From a virus: DNA of 64,000 bases. The stretch spans positions 1 to 64,000 of IMG/VR virus record IMGVR_UViG_3300021130_000224; one strand, given 5' to 3'. The notes beneath the pieces are model-generated. The model ran no database searches and was not told where the DNA came from. It worked only from the letters and a program-made list of their open reading frames with translations. The first letter of the stretch is position 1. Every line of letters starts with the position of its first letter. Positions 35,543 to 45,300 of the stretch are shown piece by piece. The position numbers and the translations under genes were made by a program.

Positions 35543-37906
35543 ATGAGTGCAGGAATATCTAAAGGATTATGGAACGCCCAATTGAACTTACCCTTTTTAA
35601 TAGATGGAGTAGGTAACCCTGGTGATTTTTATAATGTAGATGTTGCCGGTTATCAGAATACAGGATCAGGAATGAATTTGTATTCTTATGGTGGTATTGT
35701 TGTAATGGACGCTTTAAATAAATGGATACCTGAACCCGGAGCAAATCAAAATTGTAGTATTGTTACATCTGTTGCATCAGATGGTACTATTAATGTTTCA
35801 CCAAATACAGGCGATGTAATTGTATCGTTACCTAATACTGGTGTAGCTGCAGGATCTTATACAAATACATCAATTACTGTTGATGCTCAAGGTAGAATAA
35901 CTGCAGCATCAACTGGTACAGGAGGGGGCATTTCATCTATTACTGTATCATTGCCTTTATCATCTACAGGTGGCAGTAACCCAAATATATCCATAAGTCA
36001 AGCAGGAACAAGTACAGATGGTTATTTAAGTGCTAGTGATTGGAATATTTTTACAAATAAACAAAATGCAATAACTCTTACCACAACAGGTAATTCGGGT
36101 AATGCAACTTTTGTAAGCAATACTTTAAATATTCCTAATTATACAGCATCTGGTATAGGTGCTGTTCCCACTACAAGACAGATAACTATAAACGGTACTT
36201 CTTATGATTTATCTGCTGATAGATCATGGTCAGTAGGTACAATAGCATCTTTAAATGGTCTTACAGGATCAACTCAAACATTTGTAAATGATACAAATGT
36301 AACTATTGTTTCTACTGGTACTACTCACACTTTGACATGGAGTGGTACACTATCCGATTCAAGAATATCTTCTGCATCTACTTGGAACGCTAAACAATCT
36401 GCACTTTCAGGAACAGGTATAGTTAAATCTACATCGGGAACTATTTCTTATATATCAGGTACATCATCTCAATTTGTGAAAGGAGATGGCTCATTAGATT
36501 CTACTTCATATGGCACAGTTGCATCAGTATCTGGTACAGCTAATAGAATCACATCTACTGGTGGAGCTAACCCAGTAATAGACATAGCTTCTACATATGT
36601 AGGACAAGCATCTATTACTACTCTTGGTAATATCTCAACAGGTGTATGGGGAGCCACTTCTATATCTGCTATTAAAGGTGGCACAGGCTTAAGTATCTAT
36701 ACTACTGGTGATATGATTTATGCTAATACCGCTACATCATTTACTAAAGTAGGAATAGGTTCTAATGGACAAATATGGACAGTTGTAAGTGGAGTTCCTG
36801 CATGGTTAACGCCAATAATACCCACTCTGGATCAGATACTAACATCCGGAGCTATATCTACTACTACTATTAAGATACAAGATAGTTTAATTACTCCAGT
36901 CTCAGCTACTTGGCAAACTCAAAGCTCTTTTGTTGTAAGCTATAACGGAGCAACATTATCAGGTCTATCTTATGGTGGAGGAGGTACATATGGGATAATA
37001 CAAGTAGGTGACGGTACTCATAATATAACTATTCAACCTACTACTCTTACAAATAGTTGGATACAAACCTTACCAAACAAATCAGGTACATTTGCAATGT
37101 TATCTGATATTACATCAGGTACAGTAACTTCTGTAGGTTTAACTTCATCTGATATAACTGTTACAGGTACATCTCCAATTACTACATCCGGCTCCTGGTC
37201 ATTGTCTTTACCAGTAGTCAACAGTAATGTTGGTACATACAACAATGTAACAGTTAATGCCAAAGGCCAAGTTACTGCAGCAAGCAATGTATCATATCTT
37301 ACTACGGCTATAACATCACTTAATGGTCTTACTGCAGCAACTCAAACATTATCAAGTACTGATCTTAATATAACTTCATCAACAAGTACTCACAGTTTTG
37401 CTATAGCCAATAATGCTGTTACTTATGCTAAAATGCAAGCTGTATCGGCAACATCTAAATTACTTGGTAGTTCATCAACTAGTACACCTGTACAGGAAAT
37501 AACATTAGGTACTGGTATTAGTATGTCAGGTACTACTTTATCTGCTACTGGTTCAGGAGGTTCTTTAGGTATTACATTAAGTGGCAGTGGTGGTACTATT
37601 ACAACTGGATCAAAAGGTTACGCAAGAATGCCAAGGGCCGGCACAATAACAAGCTGGACATTGGTTGGTGACCAGGCATCTGGTTCAATAGTAGTTGATG
37701 TAAAAAGATCAACGTATGCAGGATTTCCTACAACAACCTCTATTGCCGGTACTGATTTACCTACAATATCATCTGCCCAAAAAGCAACTGATTCTACTTT
37801 GACAGGATGGGGATCTACTTCACTTGCTCAAGGTGACATAATAGAGTTTGTAGTAAACTCTTGCACAGCATTTACTTTTATAACACTTTCAATATCTTAT
37901 TCATAA
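35543..37906 (+). CDS. long tail fibre
   Basis: GSYTNTSITVDAQGRITAAS and GTYNNVTVNAKGQVTAAS repeats, S/T/G-rich shaft. Confidence 0.85.
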   Translation: MSAGISKGLWNAQLNLPFLIDGVGNPGDFYNVDVAGYQNTGSGMNLYSYGGIVVMDALNKWIPEPGANQNCSIVTSVASDGTINVSPNTGDVIVSLPNTGVAAGSYTNTSITVDAQGRITAASTGTGGGISSITVSLPLSSTGGSNPNISISQAGTSTDGYLSASDWNIFTNKQNAITLTTTGNSGNATFVSNTLNIPNYTASGIGAVPTTRQITINGTSYDLSADRSWSVGTIASLNGLTGSTQTFVNDTNVTIVSTGTTHTLTWSGTLSDSRISSASTWNAKQSALSGTGIVKSTSGTISYISGTSSQFVKGDGSLDSTSYGTVASVSGTANRITSTGGANPVIDIASTYVGQASITTLGNISTGVWGATSISAIKGGTGLSIYTTGDMIYANTATSFTKVGIGSNGQIWTVVSGVPAWLTPIIPTLDQILTSGAISTTTIKIQDSLITPVSATWQTQSSFVVSYNGATLSGLSYGGGGTYGIIQVGDGTHNITIQPTTLTNSWIQTLPNKSGTFAMLSDITSGTVTSVGLTSSDITVTGTSPITTSGSWSLSLPVVNSNVGTYNNVTVNAKGQVTAASNVSYLTTAITSLNGLTAATQTLSSTDLNITSSTSTHSFAIANNAVTYAKMQAVSATSKLLGSSSTSTPVQEITLGTGISMSGTTLSATGSGGSLGITLSGSGGTITTGSKGYARMPRAGTITSWTLVGDQASGSIVVDVKRSTYAGFPTTTSIAGTDLPTISSAQKATDSTLTGWGSTSLAQGDIIEFVVNSCTAFTFITLSISYS

Positions 37907-38145
37907 TGACTTACAAAATACTTAGCGTATCTCAAATACAAGATACAATTACTACAACAGTAGAAATCACTTTATCAACAGGTGTAGAAACTATTGATAT
38001 TATTCATTTCAGACCAAGTTCTGTTGAAGAAATTAACCAAAATGTACAAAACAGATTATTGTCGGAACAATCAAAAATAGATGCTATTAAAACAGTATCT
38101 AATTTAATTACAACAATACCTGTAGGGGAAACAGTAACAATATAA
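37906..38145 (+). CDS. small fibre-associated protein
   Basis: TAATG-coupled start MTYKIL. Confidence 0.7.
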   Translation: MTYKILSVSQIQDTITTTVEITLSTGVETIDIIHFRPSSVEEINQNVQNRLLSEQSKIDAIKTVSNLITTIPVGETVTI

Positions 38146-38149
38146 TTAA

Positions 38150-39745
38150 ATGGCAACTTATTACTTTAGAAACTCAGGTAACTCTGCTTGGTCAACAGCT
38201 ACAAACTGGAGCTTGACAAGTGGAGGAGGTGCAACCGGAGCAGTACCTACTTCTACAGATAATGCTATACTAGATGCCAATTCAGGTGCTTGTACTATCA
38301 GTAGTACCAGTGTATGTAAAACACTTAATACTACAGGATATACTAGTACTTTAACATTAAATGCAGGTATAAACGTATCTGGTAATATTACTATTGGAGT
38401 AAATACACTTTGGTCTGGTACAGGTACTTTAGCTTGTTATGGTGATGCATCGACACATACTGCTACTATAACATCTAATGCAAACATAATAGGTGTGCCA
38501 TTTCAATTTTATTGTAATGGTTCAAGTTCTACTTTTACATTAAGTGGTGATTTAACAGTAAACGCTCTTGTATCAACTTCAGCATCTACTGGAGCATTAA
38601 CTACTACTATAAATAGCGGTAATATATTTTGTAAAACATCCTTTTATCTTCATGTAGCTAATGGAACAACTTGTACTACAACAGGTACAGCAGTCATTCA
38701 ATTAGTAGGTACCGGAACATTAACAAGTGGAAGCGGTACATTACAGAATAATCTTATAATCAATACATCTGGTGTAATAACTTGGAGTGGATATGCAGGT
38801 ACATTAACTTATAATACAGGTACTATAACATATATAGCAGGTACTGTAACAGGTACAACTAACTCTACACTGGCTATGACTGGTGCTACTACATTAGATC
38901 TTAATAATGGTGGATTAGGGAATTATTTGAATTTAAAACTTTCTTTTGCTAGTTCATCAACTATAACATTAATAAGTAATGCATATACTTCATTAGGTGT
39001 TCAAAATGCTAATAGTGCTATTTGTGTAGTTAATGGTTATGGTATTTATATATCAGGAGGTACTCTTCAGTATTATAGTATGAGTGGTACTACTACTTTT
39101 TATATAAAAGGTACATGTACCATGAATACAAGTGCTGGTGGACTACAGAATAGTGTAGTATTTGATGCAGGTGCAAATACTATAACATTAGGTACAAATT
39201 CATATTCTACTGGAACTATAACCTATACATCAGGTGTAATAAGCTCCACAGGTACTTTTACTATAACTGGAACAACAACACTTAATACTACAGGTATGAC
39301 CTGGGGTACTATGACAATAAACTCTGGAACAATAACATTAAACTCTTTATTATCAGTAACTACTTTTAATATAGGTAACTCTAACCAGACAGTAACATTT
39401 GCAGGCTCTGCTGGGTATAATATAGGTACACTTAATATGCAAACAGGTTTTAGTATGAGTATGATACTTTCTACAGGTATTACATATACAGTAAGTACTT
39501 CTTTAAATTTACTTACATCTTCAATAGCAAACCCTAATATTATCAAATCAGGTACTCCTGGTACTAAAGCTACTTTTATTCTTTCTAGTGGGGCTACACA
39601 AAGTAGTCATTATATTACAGTAACGGATATAGATAGTTCAGCAGGACAAACTATATGGGTATGGAAACCCACACTTTCAAATACTTTAAACTGGAATACT
39701 TTAACTAATGCAGCTATGCAATTTTCATCAACTTTTGTAAATTAA
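38150..39745 (+). CDS. beta-helical adhesin / receptor-binding protein
   Basis: WSTATNWSLTSGG..GAVPTSTD start; T/G-rich beta-solenoid repeats. Confidence 0.75.
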   Translation: MATYYFRNSGNSAWSTATNWSLTSGGGATGAVPTSTDNAILDANSGACTISSTSVCKTLNTTGYTSTLTLNAGINVSGNITIGVNTLWSGTGTLACYGDASTHTATITSNANIIGVPFQFYCNGSSSTFTLSGDLTVNALVSTSASTGALTTTINSGNIFCKTSFYLHVANGTTCTTTGTAVIQLVGTGTLTSGSGTLQNNLIINTSGVITWSGYAGTLTYNTGTITYIAGTVTGTTNSTLAMTGATTLDLNNGGLGNYLNLKLSFASSSTITLISNAYTSLGVQNANSAICVVNGYGIYISGGTLQYYSMSGTTTFYIKGTCTMNTSAGGLQNSVVFDAGANTITLGTNSYSTGTITYTSGVISSTGTFTITGTTTLNTTGMTWGTMTINSGTITLNSLLSVTTFNIGNSNQTVTFAGSAGYNIGTLNMQTGFSMSMILSTGITYTVSTSLNLLTSSIANPNIIKSGTPGTKATFILSSGATQSSHYITVTDIDSSAGQTIWVWKPTLSNTLNWNTLTNAAMQFSSTFVN

Positions 39746-39755
39746 TAATAATAAT

Positions 39756-40043
39756 ATGAATACTGAAAAAATAAAAGAGCTGTTTAAATTTTCATGGTCA
39801 CAAGCTTTTAGTGACAGTAATGGAAAATCGAGTATTTTACCTATGGCAGGTGCATATATTGTATTAGTAGGAGGACTTGGTTTTCTTTATGGTGGAGTGA
39901 CTAAAGATACTAATCTTATAACTCAATCAGTTATTATGACTGGTATAGGTGCCGGTATTTTAATGGGTCGCAAAATTGTAAATGGTAAACCCGAAGATCT
40001 TCCTTTTATGGATCAAGGTAATGACAAACCTAACCAGTCTTGA
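39756..40043 (+). CDS. holin-like two-TM protein
   Basis: SDSNGKSS followed by two hydrophobic helices. Confidence 0.6.
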   Translation: MNTEKIKELFKFSWSQAFSDSNGKSSILPMAGAYIVLVGGLGFLYGGVTKDTNLITQSVIMTGIGAGILMGRKIVNGKPEDLPFMDQGNDKPNQS

Positions 40044-40100
40044 TAGGTTATTTGTTTCTGACCTAACCTAAGTGATTAATTTGTATCTTAATTTTGTACT

Positions 40101-40859
40101 ATGCAGAAAGCATCTAATAGAGAAGCCATCAGTAAGGTCAGGGGTTTATTTAAGCTCCAGAATACGGATACGTATTCTAACATTACTGACCGGCTAATTC
40201 TTAGTGAATTACAGAGCACTGCTTTAAAGTTTATCAAACAAACTACTGATAGACGTAAACTTTGGAACTCTCCAAACATATTCAAAGTAATTCCTTGTTT
40301 ACTGCTTGAGCAAGTCCCTCTATCAGAATGTGCACCTTATGTTGGAAAATGTACAGTTGCAAGATCTGTAGTTAAACTACCAAAGATTGCTGAAGGTACT
40401 AACTTCGGAATGCTTATTCAGGGGATATACTCTGTTGACATGGTATCAAGGAGATTCATTGAAAGTACCCCTGACAGGTATGTAAACAGCTTACAGTTAG
40501 GTTTAAAGAACAGCCAGATACATTTTTGGATACAGGAAGGATACCTGTATGTAGGAGATGATAAGATTGAAAGGGTTAAGATATCAGCCTATTTTGAAGA
40601 AGATATTCCTGAGACACTGATACCTTATCCTTCTTATTGTGGAACATCATTAGGTAAAGGTTGCTGTCCTGCTTCTGATCAAATAGCAACTATCAATGAC
40701 ATGAAGTTTTGCTGTCCTCCCAATCCTTACGATGAAGAGTTTGCTTGTCCTGGTTACATGGTAGATGATGTAATTAATACAGTTGCACAAAGATTACTCA
40801 ATACATATAAACGATCAGCAGCAGATCAAGGTACAGATGGTAGAGACGAAACAAAATAA
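40101..40859 (+). CDS. tail ring/tubular protein
   Basis: position; TAATTTTG box 4 nt before the ATG. Confidence 0.7.
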   Translation: MQKASNREAISKVRGLFKLQNTDTYSNITDRLILSELQSTALKFIKQTTDRRKLWNSPNIFKVIPCLLLEQVPLSECAPYVGKCTVARSVVKLPKIAEGTNFGMLIQGIYSVDMVSRRFIESTPDRYVNSLQLGLKNSQIHFWIQEGYLYVGDDKIERVKISAYFEEDIPETLIPYPSYCGTSLGKGCCPASDQIATINDMKFCCPPNPYDEEFACPGYMVDDVINTVAQRLLNTYKRSAADQGTDGRDETK

Positions 40860-41412
40860 AAGGTACGAGGGCTTGTCTGAAGCATACAGACCAAATCCTC
40901 TTTCATACGATATTGTTACAGGAAGTGTAGCAATGTTTAAGGAGTTCAAAAAACTGAACCCACAACTAAATATCGACAACAAGCAGTACAAACAAGTAAT
41001 TGAGCAAATTAACTTGTACTACATAAAACATCTTCTTGATACCGGAAATATGGTCTTTATACCAAATGGTTTAGGAAAAATGATGATTCAAAAGAATCAA
41101 CGGAAACTAAAGCCTACAAAAGACGGATCCTCTAAATATCTCAGAGCCCCAATTAATTGGCCGGAAAGTTACAAGCAAGGAAAAATTATATATTATTTGA
41201 ATGAAAGTACCGATGGTTTTACGTATCGGTACTTGTGGCTTAAAAAAGCTTCATACATTGAAAAGAGCAGCATGTGGTTATTGGTCATGACAAAAGAGGC
41301 CAAGCGATTACTGAAGGAACGAATTGAGAGTACTGAGAAAGATTACAAAAGTTTATACAAAGAGCTATTGTCGAAGAAAACAAATATATTCATTAATAAC
41401 GCAATGAAGTAA
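40837..41412 (+). CDS. IHF-like protein of the crAss tail module
   Basis: VFIPNGLGKMMIQK...INWPES...YRYLW. Confidence 0.65.
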   Translation: MVETKQNKRYEGLSEAYRPNPLSYDIVTGSVAMFKEFKKLNPQLNIDNKQYKQVIEQINLYYIKHLLDTGNMVFIPNGLGKMMIQKNQRKLKPTKDGSSKYLRAPINWPESYKQGKIIYYLNESTDGFTYRYLWLKKASYIEKSSMWLLVMTKEAKRLLKERIESTEKDYKSLYKELLSKKTNIFINNAMK

Positions 41413-41413
41413 A

Positions 41414-42340
41414 ATGAAAGACAAACTGATATCGCCGGCCAGAGTATATGCCAGAGTTAAAGAAGAGATGAGATCTTACTTTAACACCGGGGCTATTGAT
41501 GACTTGCTCTTCCCAATCTGGACAAAGGATTGTATAAATAAATTTGAGAATACATATCTTCCACTAAAAGAAGCTGTAATGGATATGCACCACCATAAGT
41601 GCACACTTCCTTGCGACTTCAAAGCAGTGAGAGAAGTATGGATGACTTTTACTTACGACAAAGGTCCTGTCACATCTCCTCATGTTTTCTATTACCAGAC
41701 TGACTGCCGTATCAATCCTGCACCTGCTCCAGGTGAAATTTGTGAAGATTGTGTACCAGGGTATCAGTGCATGGCTCCTTCTCAAACACCTACACCTGTA
41801 GCATTACCATCTCTTTGTGGTGTGCCGCCAGAGTATGTAGTAACACATAAGGTAATGGAGCAGATGATGTTTCGTTTCCATGTTACAGGGATGCTGAAAC
41901 CAGGTAATTTTAAAACTATTGGTAAGTGTGCAAATGACTCTCCCAACCTTGATGCATATTGCATTGATACATTTGATATTGTGGGTGACAAACTTGTTAC
42001 CTCTTTTGCTCAAGGTACTGTATACATGGCATACTTTGCTGAGAATGAAATAGTACCAGAAGATGAAGGTCCTGATGCTGGTTACTATATGATACCAGAT
42101 AATGACCCATTTGAAAAGTATCTTATTGCATATTTAAGGTACATGGTTTACCAGCAATTATTTGATCAGAGCACAGATGAAAGCTTTAATCAGATAAAAG
42201 CAAAAAGAGATGATGCAGAGGATAAGATGTGGCATGCTTATACAAATGCAAAAGCCTATGCTGTCAACCAAGATATCTACTCAGTTGAAAGAGCAATAGT
42301 AAGAAGTTATAACAAAAACAATAGGTTCAGAATCAGGTAG
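41414..42340 (+). CDS. tail ring/tubular protein
   Basis: LPCDF...TSFAQGTVYMAY...GYYMIPD. Confidence 0.7.
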   Translation: MKDKLISPARVYARVKEEMRSYFNTGAIDDLLFPIWTKDCINKFENTYLPLKEAVMDMHHHKCTLPCDFKAVREVWMTFTYDKGPVTSPHVFYYQTDCRINPAPAPGEICEDCVPGYQCMAPSQTPTPVALPSLCGVPPEYVVTHKVMEQMMFRFHVTGMLKPGNFKTIGKCANDSPNLDAYCIDTFDIVGDKLVTSFAQGTVYMAYFAENEIVPEDEGPDAGYYMIPDNDPFEKYLIAYLRYMVYQQLFDQSTDESFNQIKAKRDDAEDKMWHAYTNAKAYAVNQDIYSVERAIVRSYNKNNRFRIR

Positions 42341-42342
42341 TT

Positions 42343-45300
42343 ATGGCAGGTAATCAAAATATGAATCAAAACAGGGCACTAGCCGGCTTGAATACTGACA
42401 ACATTATAAGTCAGGTTCAGGAAGGTTATGTTACAGATGCACTGAATGCTATCAATGGTTCATTTGATGGGAACCAGGTTACTTATCAGAATGAAGAAGG
42501 TAACGTACAGTGCATTACAATGCCTACTGGATATAAGTGCATTGGGCTAAAAAATATAATGGAGATATCTCAAGTATGGTATTTCATTACTAACACGACT
42601 ACCAACTATTCTATGATAGGATATGTGGCAAGTAATAATTGCACATTTGTTCCTGTCATAGATGATTCTGTATTTGGTAGCGATTTGTTGAATTTCAACA
42701 TAGCTTACCCTATCCATAAAATTGAAATAAAGACAACCAACTGTTCAACTCAATTGTATTGGACAGATAAATATAACCATCGTAGATTTCTTGATATCAA
42801 TAACCTACCATGGCAGACCGGTTCTCCAGGTGTACTGGATACAAACAAAATGGAGATACAACCCATTTTTAAAATTCCAGAAATTACACCAACTGCAATA
42901 ACAGTTGGCGGTAATCTTTTAGAGGGTACATACCAATTTGCTATACAGTACTCAAGTATTAAAGGTGAAGGAATGACATCTTGGTATTCGGTAACTAACC
43001 CTGTTAGTATCTTCCTTGAGTCAAAGGTATCTGCAAGTTATAATCTGCAGACAAACTACGCCATCCCATTGGTTATCAGTAATCTTGACATGACAAGATT
43101 ATATGAATATTTTAATCTTGCCGTAATCAAGACAATTAATGCAGTGACAACAGTAGAGTATGTTGGCACCTATTATATTCAGACTGATACATACAATCAT
43201 ACCTATACAGGTGATGAACAAAGTAGTACCAATATCCAATTGACCTTAATGGATATTATGACTCAGAACGACTACTATGATCTGGCCGGTGATCTTACTC
43301 AAGTAGATAATACTCTTGTGTGGGCAGACATGGTTAAAGAAGAGGATATTAGTTATCAAAAGATATTTAACCAAGTCAAGGTACACTGGGGAACTTCTCA
43401 GATGCCAGTAGGTCAAACTATTGGTTATCACAATGGAGTAGAGTGTGCAGAAGCAAAAGGATATTTCAGGGATGAGGTATACGCACTTGAAGGTTGCCTT
43501 TTGTTTAATAACGGTAAACAATCTACACGTTTTCATATACCAGGCAGAGAAGCTACTGCATATGATTTGGAAGCAATTTCTAATGCTGATGAGCAAGCTG
43601 TAGTAACAGCAACTTGTCCTGCACCTCTTATGCCAAGATGGAAAGTATATAATACCGGTTCAGTACTGGGATCTTTACCGGGGTCAGCAGATCTTTGTAC
43701 TGGTATCCGACCATGGCAATATGGTGAGATGTCATATTGGGAGTCGGAAGAGATATACCCAAACAATGCTTTTATCTGGGGTACACTGGCTGGTCAACCT
43801 ATTCGACACCACAAGTTTCCTGATTGTACAGTTACTCCTATACATGACAGTGCTGTTTCACCCGGGCCAGGTGTGGGCTATTCTCCTGGTTACGTATACC
43901 CTATAGGTTTCAAAATAGATATTCAGTCACTCTATACTGCAATTATTAACTCTCCTGATCTTACAGAAGCTCAAAAGCGTTCAATTACTGGCTTTAAGAT
44001 AATGAGATCTGACAGAGCCGGTGAGAGAAGCATTATAGCAAAGGGTATGTTCTATAATGTAGGACAATATGATAAAGATGGGTCAACCTATTTTTATCCA
44101 AACTACCCATTCAATGATTTGAACCCGGATGTATTTATTTCATCAAAGCCTGTAACATCTATTCCTTATACTTGGAACCACAAACTTACAGGCAATACTG
44201 ATGCAGGTACTCCTTTAAACAATTTCCAAAATAGTAGATTTACATTTCATAGTCCTGATACTCATTTCTATCAGCCTTCAGGTATCCAAGATTCATTAAT
44301 GAACCTTGAGACAGCAGAGTATGGTACTTGTAAAGCTCACTTTGTAAAAGTCAAGAACAATGCAGGTGAGAAAATCAGAACTATAAATGCACTGGAGATT
44401 GCTCTGGCTGCAGCTTTTGTGTCTACTGTTGGTATTGATATAAATATAAGTAACTCTGCAACGGTTGGAACTACTACTGATACAACTACTACTGTAGATA
44501 TCCGACCAACATTTAATCCTCAAAACTTCTTCCCGACATATAATAATATGTTGGACATACTGGATAAATTGTCTCCATACTACAATTATGGATGGCAATA
44601 TAATGCAGTAGGGTATTATACAAACTCTGTTCCTATTCCTCAAAACGTAGGTAATAAAGTTAGATTTATTAACTATGGTGGTTACATTACACCTGGTCTA
44701 CAAGGAACATTTGGAGATGTTCATCCTATCAATAATACAGGAAGAGAATCTTCTGTATATGTTTCTATAGCCGGTAGTATGTTATATCCTCATCAGCAAG
44801 TTAATACCAATGGACAGAATCTTGGTGTACCTATAGATACATCAAGGAAGATTGCATCGCAAGTTGGCATGCGTGAAAGTTCAACACCTTTCTATGAACC
44901 AATATCAGCATACTATGGTTCAATTAAAGCAATACGTCCTGGTCAATACGGTCAAGTGTTTTCATACAGGCCAATTGACACCGGTACATTTGGTGCATTC
45001 TTTGACACTCAAGGTAATCCTATAAATGACCACCCAATTGTTTATGGTGGCGATTGCTTTATTAACTTGTTTGCACTCAAGATAAAACATCCATTCTATT
45101 TAAAGTCAACAGTTGATAAGCCAGATGGTTTTGATATTGATTACAACCAAGATGCTGATCCAAACAATACTTCTCAGGCCTACACAAATACAGGCAATGT
45201 AGGTTATCCTATATGGTATTATTCTACTAGCAACCTTCCATTTGTAGCAGATCCATTGTTGCATGGAGGCTTAGTAAATCTAAATAATAGTCTGAACTGG

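Noticed and set aside
32018-39745. Diversity-generating retroelement or invertible cassette acting on tail fibres
   Set aside because: No reverse transcriptase, recombinase, or TR/VR pair differing at adenines was seen in the window.
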